Source: Dehalococcoidia bacterium (lineage in GTDB: Bacteria; Chloroflexota; Dehalococcoidia; UBA2979). Taken from it: a stretch of DNA of 64,000 nt. The position numbers and the translations under genes were made by a program. The notes below the pieces were generated by a model. The model made no database searches. It was not told where the DNA came from and was given only the letters and a program-made list of their open reading frames with translations. The stretch spans positions 3,319,155-3,383,154 of the forward strand of contig OZ252046.1 in NCBI GenBank assembly GCA_965247895.1, in the 5' to 3' direction. Shown in pieces: positions 9,237 through 20,460 of this stretch (the stretch's first letter is position 1; each line of letters begins with the position of its first letter).

Positions 9237-9797
9237 CTATTGCGCGGTCCTCTCTCGGAGTAGGTTCGCGACGTATGCCATGAAGCGCGTGGTGCGATCG
9301 CCCGCGGTAGCGGACGGCGGTGGCGCGGACCCTTGCCGGACCTCGGAGAGTTCGTCGTGGGCGAGCGAACTCCTCCACTTCCGGAGACGTTCGTCCGTCC
9401 AGGTAGCGCGGGCAGCCCGCTTCTCGATCCAGAGTGCGCTCGCGTCCCGGCTGAGGCGGTCGTCGGCGACGCGGAGCGCGAAGTCCACGAGACGATCGTT
9501 CGTCGTGAACAGCACGAAGCCATTGCGGAACAGGAACCACGCCATGGCGGTGACCGCCAGCCGTTTGTTCCCGTCTACGTACGGGTGGTTCTTGTTCAGG
9601 CTGTAGTGCAGCGCCGCCGCCTTCTGTTGAGCGGTGCGGTGGTGCGGCCAGTGCGGCTGAGCGAGGGCCGACTCCAGACGCGCGGTTCCCTGCGGCCCGG
9701 CCAGCTGGAAGGCTGGGGTTCCGGGAAACTGATCCTGCGTCAGCGCCTCGACGATGCTGTGGATCTCTCCCTCGTCGAGGTAGTGGAGGCGGCTCAT
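9237..9797 (-). CDS. doc: Doc (death-on-curing) / Fic-fold toxin, 186 aa with C-terminal extension
   Basis: Doc-type motif HPYVDGNKRLAVTAMAWFL. AAGGAAG SD 5 nt upstream of ATG 9797. Confidence 0.8.
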   Translation of the reverse strand: MSRLHYLDEGEIHSIVEALTQDQFPGTPAFQLAGPQGTARLESALAQPHWPHHRTAQQKAAALHYSLNKNHPYVDGNKRLAVTAMAWFLFRNGFVLFTTNDRLVDFALRVADDRLSRDASALWIEKRAARATWTDERLRKWRSSLAHDELSEVRQGSAPPPSATAGDRTTRFMAYVANLLRERTAQ

Positions 9798-9919
9798 TTC
9801 TTCCTTGGTCGATTGCCACCAACGAGCGTGGGGCTATGGACGGCGTACCCGATGGGGTTGTGGTCAGCACGAATCGTCGGCACCGGCCCCGCGAGTGTCA
9901 GGACTGGCGCCTGCGCCTG

Positions 9920-10078
9920 CTAGTGTTTATCGAGTTCCTTGAGGGCAGGCGCCCACCGCGCGATCAGGGCGCGCAAATCCTCGCGCAGTTCCGCGCTGAG
10001 TCCGTTGCGCTTCTGCCCGGAGCCAGAGGTGGGCTCGGCGCTATCACGGCGTTGTGGCTCGGTCTGCTGCTTCACCAT
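9920..10078 (-). CDS. small ORF (53 aa) upstream of doc; possible N-terminal part of a disrupted antitoxin
   Basis: Hand translation: MVKQQTEPQRRDSAEPTSGSGQKRNGLSAELREDLRALIARWAPALKELDKH, then TAG. The same frame continues 40 more codons and ends in a TGA overlapping the doc ATG (ATGA). Below the ORF-track length cut-off. Confidence 0.2.
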   Translation of the reverse strand: MVKQQTEPQRRDSAEPTSGSGQKRNGLSAELREDLRALIARWAPALKELDKH

Positions 10079-10115
10079 GGCCCTACCAGCGTACACCACG
10101 GCAGGGCTCGAATCG

Positions 10116-10997
10116 CTACAGCAGCCCGGCGTCCCGGAGCTGCTGCAGACACGTCTCGCCGATCTGCGAGGGGGAGTCGGCGACCATCGCGCCGGCGGCG
10201 CGGAGGGCGGCCTTCTTCGCGTCGGCGGTGCCCGCCTTGCCGGCGATGATCGCGCCGGCGTGGCCCATGCGACGGCCGGGCGGCGCGGTCGCGCCGGCGA
10301 TGAAGGCCGTCACCGGCTTCGACATCTGCGCGACGTAGGCCGCGGCCTCCTGCTCGGCGGTGCCGCCGATCTCGCCGATCAGCACCACCGCCGCCGTGTC
10401 CGGGTCCGCCTCGAACAGCGCCAGCGCCTCGGCCTGCGTGGTGCCGATGATCGGGTCGCCGCCCACGCCGACGCTCGAGGACTGGCCGACGCCGGCCCGC
10501 GTCAGCTGGTCGACCGTCTCGTAGACGAGCGTGCCCGAGCGCGAGATCACGCCGACGCTGCCTTCGAGGTAGACGTCGGTCGGCATGATGCCGGCCCGCG
10601 CGCGGGCGGCGGGCGTGATGACGCCGGGGCAGTTGGGGCCGATCAGCGTCGTCTCCATGCCCTGCAGCGCGCGCTTCACGCGCACCATGTCCAGCACCGG
10701 GATGCCCTCGGTGATGCAGATCGCGACGGGGATGCCGGCGTCGGCGGACTCGAGGATGGCGTCCGCGGCGAAGGGTGCGGGCACGAAGATCAGCGAGACG
10801 TTCGCGCCGAACTCCTCGACGGCCTCGCGCACGGTGTTGCGGATCGGCGTGTCCTCGAGGACCTGGCCGCCGCGGCCGGGCGTGACGCCGCAGACGATCT
10901 GCGTGCCGTACTCGCGGCTGGTCTTCGCCTCGCGCTGGCCGGCGCCGCCGAAGCCCTGGATGACGACGCGGCTGTTCTCGTCCATCAATACGCCCAC
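10116..10997 (-). CDS. sucD: succinyl-CoA synthetase alpha subunit
   Basis: [11 protein letters not shown]... and CoA-binding/His-phosphorylation region GHAGAIIAG. Start may be the internal Met at 10985. Confidence 0.9.
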   Translation of the reverse strand: MGVLMDENSRVVIQGFGGAGQREAKTSREYGTQIVCGVTPGRGGQVLEDTPIRNTVREAVEEFGANVSLIFVPAPFAADAILESADAGIPVAICITEGIPVLDMVRVKRALQGMETTLIGPNCPGVITPAARARAGIMPTDVYLEGSVGVISRSGTLVYETVDQLTRAGVGQSSSVGVGGDPIIGTTQAEALALFEADPDTAAVVLIGEIGGTAEQEAAAYVAQMSKPVTAFIAGATAPPGRRMGHAGAIIAGKAGTADAKKAALRAAGAMVADSPSQIGETCLQQLRDAGLL

Positions 10998-11028
10998 GTG
11001 TACGCTCCCTCGCCCTGGCCTGCTCGGC

Positions 11029-12186
<1,158 letters not shown>

Positions 12187-12273
12187 CGCGGGCTCCCGGT
12201 GCGGATGCGAGTGGGCGCGCCTCGGGGTTCCGAGGCGGCGCGGCGGATGGTAGCACCTGCCGGGGCGGGGGGC

Positions 12274-12597
12274 TCAAGGCAGGGACGCGTCGTCCGAGTC
12301 CAACCCCTCCGCGCGGAGTTCGCGTCCGCGGAACCACGTTCCGTAGATGAACATGCCGACGACGCTGGCCAGATCCGCAGTGCCGATGATCGTTCCCGGC
12401 ACAGGGTGACCCGCGAGCACCATGGCCGTCGCTGCCCCGAGGAACGCCACCGCGACAACAGCGCCGAGCCAGAGGCCCCAGCGCGAGCGGGATACGCCGG
12501 CCTCGACCACGCTCGCGACAAGATCGCGCCGGTGCGCCGACTCTTGCTCTGCTAATTGACAGGATGCGTTCGGCGGAGCCCGGAAGCACGCTCTCAT
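12274..12597 (-). CDS. possible small membrane protein (2 predicted TM helices); uncertain
   Basis: ORF with hydrophobic stretches WGLWLGAVVAVAFLGAATAMVLAG and IIGTADLASVVGMFIYGTWF. Lies in a region crowded with overlapping spurious ORFs. Confidence 0.25.
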   Translation of the reverse strand: MRACFRAPPNASCQLAEQESAHRRDLVASVVEAGVSRSRWGLWLGAVVAVAFLGAATAMVLAGHPVPGTIIGTADLASVVGMFIYGTWFRGRELRAEGLDSDDASLP

Positions 12598-13064
12598 AGC
12601 CCGCGAGGATGTCAGGCGGTGGCAGCGGTCCCTCGAACGAGTGCGCGACGGCGACTACGGCACTTGACACCGATTGCTGCTGGTCTGCGCCGCCGTTGTC
12701 ATCAGGAGTATCGGGCAACTGCGTATCACGCCTCGTCTGCTGGCGTCGGCTCCGGCTTCACTGCGCCGATCGCCGCCCAGAGATCGTTCCCCACGGCTTC
12801 CCAGTCCGCCGCGAGCGCTTCGGCGTCGGACCTGCCCGGCCGACTGATGCGAACGCGCGGAGAGAAGACTCCCGCGAAGTCGAACAGGCTCGCGGCGCCC
12901 CCCAGGAGCGAGGGACGAACAACGGACACTCTCCGGTAGGCGTCCGCGCGAAGTTGCTCGGCGCTTCCCGCGTAGCGCCGCTTCCGTCTGCCCGATCCCG
13001 ATCGTACGGCCATGCGAACCTCCGGTGAGCAAGCAGTATAGCGTCAGGGCGCGGCTCGGTGCGG

Positions 13065-13106
13065 ATGTCACGGCTCTTCGGACGCACACCGCGCCAGCGC
13101 CCCGCC
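13065..13106 (+). repeat. partial duplicate of the proS 5' end located ~255 bp upstream of the real proS start
   Basis: atgtcacggctcttcggacgcac (13065-13087) matches atgtcacggctgttcggacgcac at 13326-13348 at 22 of 23 positions, then a more degenerate match. It opens a 22-codon mini-ORF MSRLFGRTPRQRPALTRYFPSR*. Confidence 0.5.
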
Positions 13107-13136
13107 TTGACACGGTATTTCCCGTCTCGCTAGCGT
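13107..13136 (+). promoter_or_regulatory. putative sigma70-like promoter upstream of proS (TTGACA-N18-TAGCGT)
   Basis: Perfect -35 hexamer, rare in this GC-rich genome. 18-nt spacer, then a -10-like TAnnnT. Confidence 0.3.
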
Positions 13137-13319
13137 TCTTCTCCTAACTTGGCCAGTGACAAGAGCCCCCGGGCTCTTCCGGCGGAAGCCGGATAGCTGG
13201 CCTTTTCTCATGCCTGCTCCGATGTCAGGCGTGTCGCTTCCTCTGCGGAAGAGCCGGGCGCTCGCGAATGCCGCCGCCCGCCTTTGCCGTCGCCGCCCTG
13301 CCTGCGTACCCTCCGAGGC

Positions 13320-15077
13320 ATGCGAATGTCACGGCTGTTCGGACGCACGTTGCGCGAGGCGCCCGCCGATGCGGAGACGGCGAGCCATCGGCTGCTGCTG
13401 CGCGCGGGCTGCATCGACCAGCTCATGGCCGGCGCCTACAGCTACATGCCGCTCGGCCGCCGCGCCCGCCTCAAGACCGAGGCCGTCGTCCGCGAGGAGA
13501 TGGACGCGGCGGGCGGGCAAGAGGTGCTGCTGCCCGCCATCCAGCCCGTGGAGATCTGGCGGCAGAGCGGGCGCGAGGAGGCCTTCGGCCCCGTGCTCTT
13601 CCACCTCAACGACCAGCGCGGGCGCGAGCTCGTGCTCGGGCCGACGCACGAGGAGGTGATCACCCGCCTCTTCGCCGACCACTCCAGCTCCTACCGTGAC
13701 CTGCCCGTCACGCTCTACCAGATCCAGACCAAGTTCCGCGACGAGGGACGGCCGCGCGGCGGCCTGGTGCGCGTGCGCGAGTTCACGATGAAGGACGCCT
13801 ACTCCTTCGATGCCGACGAGGACGGCCTCAGCGCCTCCTACGAGGCGATGTTCCAGGCCTACCGGCGCATCTTCGCGCGCTGCGGCGTGCCGACCGTCCC
13901 CGTCGAGGCGGACTCGGGCGCGATCGGCGGCAAGGGCTCGCAGGAGTTCATCTTCCTCAGCGAGGCCGGCGAGGACACCGTCGCGCTCTGCTCCGACTGC
14001 GGCAACGCCGCCAACACGGAGAAGGCCGCCTTCGTGCGCCCGCCCGCCGAGCCGGCGGACCCGCTCCCCCTCGAGGAGGTCGCGACGCCGGGAGCCACGA
14101 CGATCGAGCAGCTCGCCACGTTCCTCGATGTTCTCGAGGCGCAGACCGCGAAGGCCGTCTTCTACATGGCCGAGGGCGGCGGCGAGGCCGACGAGCCGAT
14201 CTTCGCCGTCGTGCGCGGCGATCTGCAGATCAACGAGGTCAAGCTCGCCAACGTTCTCGGCGGGCGCTCGCTGCGGGCGATGAGCGACGCCGAGGTGGAG
14301 CAGTTTGGCCTCGTCGCCGGCTCCGCTTCGCCGGTCGGGCTGGGCGATCGGATGACGGTGATTGCCGACACTTCCATCCCCGACTCGCCGAACCTCGTCG
14401 CCGGGGCGAACCGGCCCGACTTCCACCTGATCAACGTCAACCACGGCCGCGACTGGCAGGCGAGCGAGGTCGCCGACATCGCCCTCGTCGAGGACGGCCA
14501 CAGCTGCGGGGTCTGCGGCGAGGGCGTGATCGGGCTGCACCGCGGCATCGAGATGGGGCACGTCTTTCGCCTCGGGCAGATCTACTCCGAGGCCTTCAGC
14601 GTCGACGTGCTCGGGCCGGATGGTGTGGGCGTGGTGCCGACGATGGGCTGCTACGGCATCGGCGTCGATCGGATCGTCGCCGCGGCGGTCGAGGCGAACC
14701 ACGACGAGGACGGCATCAGCTGGCCGGCCTCGGTCGCGCCCTACGACGTGCACATCGTCGCGCTGGGTATGGACCGCGACCCGCAGGTCGCCGAGGAGGC
14801 CGAGGCGCTCTACGCCGAGCTGGCTGCGGCCGGCCTCGAGGTGCTGTTCGACGACCGCGACGAGTCGCCGGGCGTGAAATTCAACGACGCGGACCTGATC
14901 GGCCTGCCCTGGCGGCTCACCGTCTCCGCGCGCAACCGGGAGCGCGGCACCGTCGAACTGCGCACGCGCGCCACGGGCGAGGTGGAGCACGCGCCGCGTG
15001 GCGAGATCGTCGCCCGCGTGAGCGCTCTGCGCGCGGCCGCGATCGAGGCCCTCGACCCCGACATCGGAGCTGACTGA
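13320..15077 (+). CDS. proS: prolyl-tRNA synthetase (bacterial type with editing insertion domain)
   Basis: ORF 13284..15077; start at MRMSRLFGRTLRE (13320). Class II motifs and anticodon-binding domain present. Confidence 0.9.
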   Translation: MRMSRLFGRTLREAPADAETASHRLLLRAGCIDQLMAGAYSYMPLGRRARLKTEAVVREEMDAAGGQEVLLPAIQPVEIWRQSGREEAFGPVLFHLNDQRGRELVLGPTHEEVITRLFADHSSSYRDLPVTLYQIQTKFRDEGRPRGGLVRVREFTMKDAYSFDADEDGLSASYEAMFQAYRRIFARCGVPTVPVEADSGAIGGKGSQEFIFLSEAGEDTVALCSDCGNAANTEKAAFVRPPAEPADPLPLEEVATPGATTIEQLATFLDVLEAQTAKAVFYMAEGGGEADEPIFAVVRGDLQINEVKLANVLGGRSLRAMSDAEVEQFGLVAGSASPVGLGDRMTVIADTSIPDSPNLVAGANRPDFHLINVNHGRDWQASEVADIALVEDGHSCGVCGEGVIGLHRGIEMGHVFRLGQIYSEAFSVDVLGPDGVGVVPTMGCYGIGVDRIVAAAVEANHDEDGISWPASVAPYDVHIVALGMDRDPQVAEEAEALYAELAAAGLEVLFDDRDESPGVKFNDADLIGLPWRLTVSARNRERGTVELRTRATGEVEHAPRGEIVARVSALRAAAIEALDPDIGAD

Positions 15078-15147
15078 GGGGCCCCAGGACGCGCGAGCGC
15101 GAGGGTGCGTGCTACACTGACCGAGACACCAGCGCCTCCTTGCGAGA

Positions 15148-15172
15148 CGTGGGCCAGCGCCCACGTTTTTTT
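15148..15172 (+). terminator. Rho-independent terminator after proS
   Basis: CGTGGGC-CAGC-GCCCACG (7-bp stem, 4-nt loop) followed by TTTTTTT. A U-run is unusual in this genome. Confidence 0.7.
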
Positions 15173-15220
15173 GTAGCAAGGGCGGCTCCAGCCGGGGCAC
15201 CCCAGGAGCGGCGGCAGCAT

Positions 15221-16891
15221 ATGAAGAGCGAATTCGTCACCGCGATCGCGCAGCTTTCTGCGGAGAAGAACCTCGATAGCGGCACGGTCTTCGAGGCCGT
15301 CGAGGCGGCGATGGCCTCCGCCTTCAAGAAAGACGAACTTCAGTACGCCGAAATCGAGGTCAAGATCGATGTCGAGTCAGGCGACATTGAGGCCTGGCGC
15401 GTCTGGGACGTGATGCCCGACGAGGAGATCGAGGACGACGAGATCCAGGTCTCGCCCGAGCGCGCGGGCGAGATGGGCCATTCCGGCGCGGCGGAGGGCG
15501 ATCGCATCCGCGAGCCGCTGGAAGCCTCGCTCGATGCGGGCCGCATCGCCGCGCAGACGGCGAAGCAGGTGGTGCTGCAGCGGCTGCGCGAGGCCGAGCG
15601 CGAGGCGGTCTTCGACGAGTTCACGACGAAGCAGGGCGAACTCGTCTCCGGCACCGTGCTGCGTGTCGAGGCCGGCCGCCGCAACATAATCCTCGACCTC
15701 GGGCGGACCGAGGCCGTGCTGCCCTCCGCCGAGCAGGTGCGCCCCGAGCACTATCGCGTCGGGCAGCGGCTGCGGGTCTACGTCAAGGAGGTCTACCGCG
15801 CGGCGAAGGGGCCGCAGGTCGTCGCCTCGCGCTCGCATCCGGAGCTGTTGACGCGGCTACTTGAGCTTGAGTCGCCGGAGATCGCGAAGGGCACCGTCGA
15901 GATCGTCATGATGGCGCGCGAGCCCGGCTACCGCAGCAAGGTCGCCGTGATCTCGCGCCAGGACGGGATCGACCCGATCGGCGCGGTCGTCGGCGTGCGT
16001 GGGGCGCGCATCCAGAACGTGGTCAACGAGCTCGGCGGAGAGCGCATCGACGTGATCCGCTGGGATCCGAACGAGGCGGGCTTCGTCGCGAACGCGCTGA
16101 GTCCCGCCGAGGTCGTCTCGGTGCGCATCGACGGGGAGACGAACACCGCATTCCTCGCGGTGCCGGACAAGCAGTTCAGCCTTGCGATCGGCAAGGAGGG
16201 GCAGAACGCGCGGCTGACCGCGCGTCTGACCGGCCGCCGCATCGAGATCAGCCCAGAGAGCGTGCTGATCCGCAACGGCGACGATCTGTACCCGCCGCCC
16301 GAGCCGAACATGGACGCGCTCCCGCTGGCGCCCACCCCGACGCTTCCGACGCTTCCGGCGCTGCCGGACGTGGTCGCGCCCTCGCAGGCCGGCTACGCGC
16401 GGCCCGGGCTGCCCGGCGAGCACGAGCCGCTCGAGGCGCCTGCCGAGCCCGCCCCGCTCACGCCAGAGCAGGAGGTGCTCGCCGAGTTCGCCGAGCCTGC
16501 TGCCGCCGACGCGGCCCCGGCTGCGGCCGAGGTCGCCGTCGAGGAGGCTGCGACGGCCGAGGCGGCGTCCGCTCCCGCGCCGGTCGCGCCTCGATCCGCG
16601 CCCGGCGGGCTGCGCTTCGCCGAGGAGATCGGGGAGCTGCGCGACATCGACGACGAGCCGGACCGGCCGGCGCGGCCGGGCCGCGGCCCCGCACGCCGCC
16701 GCCGTCGTGGGGCGGAGCCGGCGCGCGAGCGCCAGCCGCGCGGTGGCCGCCGTCGCTTCGAGATCGCCGAGGAAGATATCGAGGAGGGGCTCAGCGAACT
16801 GCACGGCGACCTCCCGTACGACGCCGCCGACGCCGACGATGACGAGGATGACGAGGATGAGTACGGGGAGTACGACGAGTCCGAGGACTAA
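15221..16891 (+). CDS. nusA: transcription termination/antitermination factor NusA with long Ala/Pro-rich linker and acidic C-terminal tail
   Basis: ORF 15140..16891; start MKSEFVTAIAQL at 15221 with AGGAG upstream. S1 and two KH domains. Tail ends DADDDEDDEDEYGEYDESED. Confidence 0.9.
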   Translation: MKSEFVTAIAQLSAEKNLDSGTVFEAVEAAMASAFKKDELQYAEIEVKIDVESGDIEAWRVWDVMPDEEIEDDEIQVSPERAGEMGHSGAAEGDRIREPLEASLDAGRIAAQTAKQVVLQRLREAEREAVFDEFTTKQGELVSGTVLRVEAGRRNIILDLGRTEAVLPSAEQVRPEHYRVGQRLRVYVKEVYRAAKGPQVVASRSHPELLTRLLELESPEIAKGTVEIVMMAREPGYRSKVAVISRQDGIDPIGAVVGVRGARIQNVVNELGGERIDVIRWDPNEAGFVANALSPAEVVSVRIDGETNTAFLAVPDKQFSLAIGKEGQNARLTARLTGRRIEISPESVLIRNGDDLYPPPEPNMDALPLAPTPTLPTLPALPDVVAPSQAGYARPGLPGEHEPLEAPAEPAPLTPEQEVLAEFAEPAAADAAPAAAEVAVEEAATAEAASAPAPVAPRSAPGGLRFAEEIGELRDIDDEPDRPARPGRGPARRRRRGAEPARERQPRGGRRRFEIAEEDIEEGLSELHGDLPYDAADADDDEDDEDEYGEYDESED

Positions 16892-16943
16892 CCGCGGCGC
16901 AAGCGCGGCGAACGCGATCAGCGAATGGGACGGATACAAGGCA

Positions 16944-17282
16944 ATGGCCGCGGCCCGCACACGGACGCCCCCGCAGCGTAGCTGCCTGAGCTGCCGCGAG
17001 CGGCGAGATCAGCGATCGCTGACGCGGCTCGTGCGCGGCGCGGACGGCTCGGTCGGCGTGGACGAACGGGGACGCGCGCCGGGACGCGGCGGCTACCTCT
17101 GCGAATCGCCCGCCTGCTGGCAGCAGGCGATCGAGGAGGGGCGGCTGGATCGGGCGCTGCGGACCACTGTGAACGCCGCAGACCGCGCTACACTGCGTGC
17201 ATACGCGCAGCAGCGCGAGGCCAACCGGAGCGCCAGTACCGCGGCCGCCGGGACCGCACGGAACGGGGAACACGAGCGATGA
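16944..17282 (+). CDS. ylxR: YlxR/RnpM family RNA-binding protein (DUF448)
   Basis: RSCLSCRERRDQRSLTRLV...GRGGYLCESPAC motif. Start at internal Met 16944 of ORF 16707..17282. Stop overlaps the infB ATG. Confidence 0.75.
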   Translation: MAAARTRTPPQRSCLSCRERRDQRSLTRLVRGADGSVGVDERGRAPGRGGYLCESPACWQQAIEEGRLDRALRTTVNAADRATLRAYAQQREANRSASTAAAGTARNGEHER

Positions 17283-19087
17283 CCCAGGCTCCGGACCAGA
17301 CTGTTTCAGCGGCCGAGGCGCCGCGCGTCACGATTCCCCCGGTGGTCGTCATCAGCGACCTCGCGGGCCTGCTCGGCATCACGCCCGTCGACGTGATCAA
17401 GGAACTGATGAAGAACGGCGTGATGGCGACCATCAACCAGGTCGTGGACTTCGACACGGCCGCCGTCGTCGCCGCCGACCTCGGGTACTCGCCCGAGGAG
17501 GAAGGCGGCGAGGAGGCCACAGCCGCTCCCGGCGAGGACGAGCCCGCTTCAACGTCGCGCCGCATCATCGAGGAGGGCGAAGACGCGCAACCGCGCGCAC
17601 CCGTAGTCACCGTGCTGGGCCACGTCGACCACGGCAAGACGACGCTGCTCGACACGATCCGGCGCGCCAGGGTCGTCGAGGGCGAAGCCGGCGGCATCAC
17701 CCAGCACATCGGCGCGTATCAGGCCGCCGCCCCGGACGGCCGCATGCTCACCTTCATCGATACGCCGGGCCACGCGGCGTTCACGGAGATGCGCGCGCGC
17801 GGCGCGCAGGTCACGGACATCGCGATCATCGTCGTCGCCGCCGACGATGGCGTGATGCCGCAGACGCGCGAGGCGATCGCCCACGCGCGGGCCGCCGGCG
17901 TGCCGATCGTGGTCGCGGTCAACAAGACGGACCTGCCGAACGCCAACCCCGACCGCGTCAAGCAGGAGTTGATGGGCGCCGAGCTCGTGCCCGAGGAGTT
18001 TGGCGGCGACACCGTCGTCGTGCCGATCTCCGCGCTCGCCGGCGACGGCATCGACGACCTGCTCGAGAACGTGCTGCTCGTCGCCGAACTCGAGGAGTTG
18101 AAGGCCAACCCCGATCGCAGTGCGATCGGCGTCGTGCTTGAGGCGGCGACCGACCCGCGGCGCGGCATCGCGGCGACGATCCTCGTGCAGACGGGCACGC
18201 TGCGCCGCGGCGACGTGATCCGCGCCGGGCTGGCCTACGGCCGCATCAAGGCGATGACGGACTCGGGTGGGCAGCAACTCAAGGAGGCGGGCCCCTCGAC
18301 GCCCGTGACGGTGCTCGGACTGAGCGAGGTACCGGCCGCGGGTGAGGGCTTCATGGCCATCAAGGACGAGCGCAGCGCCCGCGCCGAGAGCGAGGAACTG
18401 CGCCGCGCAGCCGACCGCGAGGGCAACGTCCGCACCGGCGTGACCCTCGACACGCTCTTCGGGGAGATCCACCGCGGGATGGTGCAGGACTTCAACATCG
18501 TGCTCAAGACGGACGTGCAGGGCTCGATCGAGCCGCTCGTGCGCGCCATCGAGGCCCTCGCCGTAGACGAGATCAACGTCAAGGTGATCCACGCCGCCGC
18601 CGGGACGGTCAACGAGTCCGACGTGAACCTCGCGGTCGCCTCGCAGGGCGTGATCATCGCCTTCAACACCCGTCCCGAGACCGGCGCGCAGCGCCTCGCC
18701 GACGCGGAGCACGTCGAGATCCGCGAGTACCGCGTGATCTACGAGGTGATCGAGGACATCGAGCAGGCCGTGCGCGGGATGCTGCAGCCGATCTACGAGG
18801 AGCGCCGCGACGCAGTCGTCGAGGTGCGCCAGATCTTCCGCCGCGGACGGCGCAACTCGATCGCCGGCTGCCTCGTGCGCGACGGCCCGGTCACGCGCGG
18901 CTCGCTCGCGCGGGTGATGCGCGGCGGCGAGGTGATTCGCGAGGCGCGCATCGATTCGCTCAAGCGCTTCCAGGAGGACGCGCGCGAGGTCGCCGCCGGC
19001 CTCGAATGCGGCATCACCGTGGACGGCTTCGAGGCCTTCGAGGAAGGCGACGAGATCGTCACCTACCACATGGAGCAGGTGCGCTAG
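17279..19087 (+). CDS. infB: translation initiation factor IF-2 (short N-terminal form, 602 aa)
   Basis: G-domain [21 protein letters not shown]. Confidence 0.9.
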   Translation: MTQAPDQTVSAAEAPRVTIPPVVVISDLAGLLGITPVDVIKELMKNGVMATINQVVDFDTAAVVAADLGYSPEEEGGEEATAAPGEDEPASTSRRIIEEGEDAQPRAPVVTVLGHVDHGKTTLLDTIRRARVVEGEAGGITQHIGAYQAAAPDGRMLTFIDTPGHAAFTEMRARGAQVTDIAIIVVAADDGVMPQTREAIAHARAAGVPIVVAVNKTDLPNANPDRVKQELMGAELVPEEFGGDTVVVPISALAGDGIDDLLENVLLVAELEELKANPDRSAIGVVLEAATDPRRGIAATILVQTGTLRRGDVIRAGLAYGRIKAMTDSGGQQLKEAGPSTPVTVLGLSEVPAAGEGFMAIKDERSARAESEELRRAADREGNVRTGVTLDTLFGEIHRGMVQDFNIVLKTDVQGSIEPLVRAIEALAVDEINVKVIHAAAGTVNESDVNLAVASQGVIIAFNTRPETGAQRLADAEHVEIREYRVIYEVIEDIEQAVRGMLQPIYEERRDAVVEVRQIFRRGRRNSIAGCLVRDGPVTRGSLARVMRGGEVIREARIDSLKRFQEDAREVAAGLECGITVDGFEAFEEGDEIVTYHMEQVR

Positions 19088-19168
19088 CGCGGCTTGCGCC
19101 GTCAGCGCGCGGGCGCCTGGCCCACCACTCCCCCCACGATCGGATTCGCCTGTGAGGACCTCGCCACG

Positions 19169-19531
19169 ATGAGCCGCCGCATGGAGAAGGTCAACGACCT
19201 CATGCAGTCGGAGCTGGCCGAGCTGCTGCAGCGCCGCGTCAAGGATCCGGTGCTGGTGGACGCCTTCCTCTCGATCCTGCGCGTCGATGTCGCGCCCGAC
19301 CTCTCGACGGCGCGTGTGCACGTGAGCGTGATGGGCGCCGACGACGGCGGCGCCGAGGTACTCGTCGCGCTCGAGCGCAGCTCCTCGTTCCTGCACCGCG
19401 AGCTGATGAAGCGGATCCGCATCAAGCGCGTGCCCCGGCTGCGCTTCGTGCTCGACGAGTCGATCGCCGAGGCGGATCGCATGACCGTGCTGATGCGCGA
19501 CCTCGCGCGCTCCGAGGGGCGCGAGCTTTGA
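19169..19531 (+). CDS. rbfA: ribosome-binding factor A
   Basis: MSRRMEKVNDLMQSELAELL...RVPRLRFVLD; start at internal Met of ORF 19094..19531. Confidence 0.85.
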   Translation: MSRRMEKVNDLMQSELAELLQRRVKDPVLVDAFLSILRVDVAPDLSTARVHVSVMGADDGGAEVLVALERSSSFLHRELMKRIRIKRVPRLRFVLDESIAEADRMTVLMRDLARSEGREL

Positions 19532-20460
19532 GCGCCGCCGCGCGCGCGGAGGCCCCGGCGCTGAGCGGCTTCCTCAACATCGACAAGCCCCCGGACATGA
19601 CCTCGTTCGATGTGGTGCGGGTGGTGCGGCGCGCGGCCGGCATCCGCCGCGTCGGCCACGCGGGCACGCTCGACCGCCCGGCCACCGGCGTGCTGCCGAT
19701 CGCCCTCGGGCCCTCGACACGGCTGATCGACTCGCTGATGGACGCGCGCAAGCGCTACCGCGCGCGGATCACGCTCGGCGTCGAGACCGACACCTACGAC
19801 GCCGTGGGCGAGGTGCAGGCAAGCTGCGACGCCTCCGGCGTCACGTGCGCCGACGTCGGAGACGCCCTCGACGCCTTCCGCGGCGAGCTGATGCAGACGC
19901 CGCCCGCCTTCAGCGCCGTCAAGCTCGACGGCGAGCGCGCCTGGCGCGCGGCCCGGCGCGGCGAGCAGCCGCAGCTCGAGCCGCGTCCGGTCACCGTCTA
20001 CGAGCTGACGCTCGACTCGTGCGAGCCGCCGGAGCTGGAGATCGAGGTCGAGTGCAGCAAGGGCTTCTACGTGCGCGCGCTCGCGCACGATCTTGGCAAC
20101 GCGCTCGGCGTCGGCGGGCACCTCGCGAGCCTCAGTCGCACCGCCGTCGGGCCGTTCCGCCTCGAGCACGCGACGACGCTCGATGACGCGGTGCTGCGCC
20201 TGGAGGCGGGGCTGAGCGATGAGCTGGTGCACGCCCCGGACGCGGTGCTGTACGACTGGCCGGCGGTGATCCTCGGCAAGCGCTCGATCGCGCTGGCGCG
20301 GCAGGGCCGCGATCTGCGCCCGCGGCCGATCGACGGGCGGCCCCCGGCGCGCGTCGGCGTGAAGGCGCGCGGCTACGGCGCGCACGGCAGGCTCGTCGCG
20401 CTGCTGGAGTGCGGGCCGATCCCCGGCACCTGGCACCCCTACCGTGTCTTCGCGGACTGA
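19528..20460 (+). CDS. truB: tRNA pseudouridine(55) synthase TruB
   Basis: GFLNIDKPPDMTSFDVV...HAGTLD catalytic Asp motif. TTG start overlapping the rbfA stop. Confidence 0.9.
   Translation: MSAAARAEAPALSGFLNIDKPPDMTSFDVVRVVRRAAGIRRVGHAGTLDRPATGVLPIALGPSTRLIDSLMDARKRYRARITLGVETDTYDAVGEVQASCDASGVTCADVGDALDAFRGELMQTPPAFSAVKLDGERAWRAARRGEQPQLEPRPVTVYELTLDSCEPPELEIEVECSKGFYVRALAHDLGNALGVGGHLASLSRTAVGPFRLEHATTLDDAVLRLEAGLSDELVHAPDAVLYDWPAVILGKRSIALARQGRDLRPRPIDGRPPARVGVKARGYGAHGRLVALLECGPIPGTWHPYRVFAD

Noticed and set aside
12556-13113. Cluster of mutually overlapping 95-181-aa ORFs on both strands between sucC and proS
   Set aside because: Inconsistent frames, biased composition and no motifs. 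The region is better explained as a divergent regulatory region plus the proS 5'-end relic. Only the 12274..12597 ORF was kept, at low confidence.
16707-16943. 79-aa N-terminal extension of the ylxR ORF (Thr/Pro/Arg-rich)
   Set aside because: It overlaps the nusA 3' end out of frame. The conserved YlxR domain starts at the internal Met 16944.
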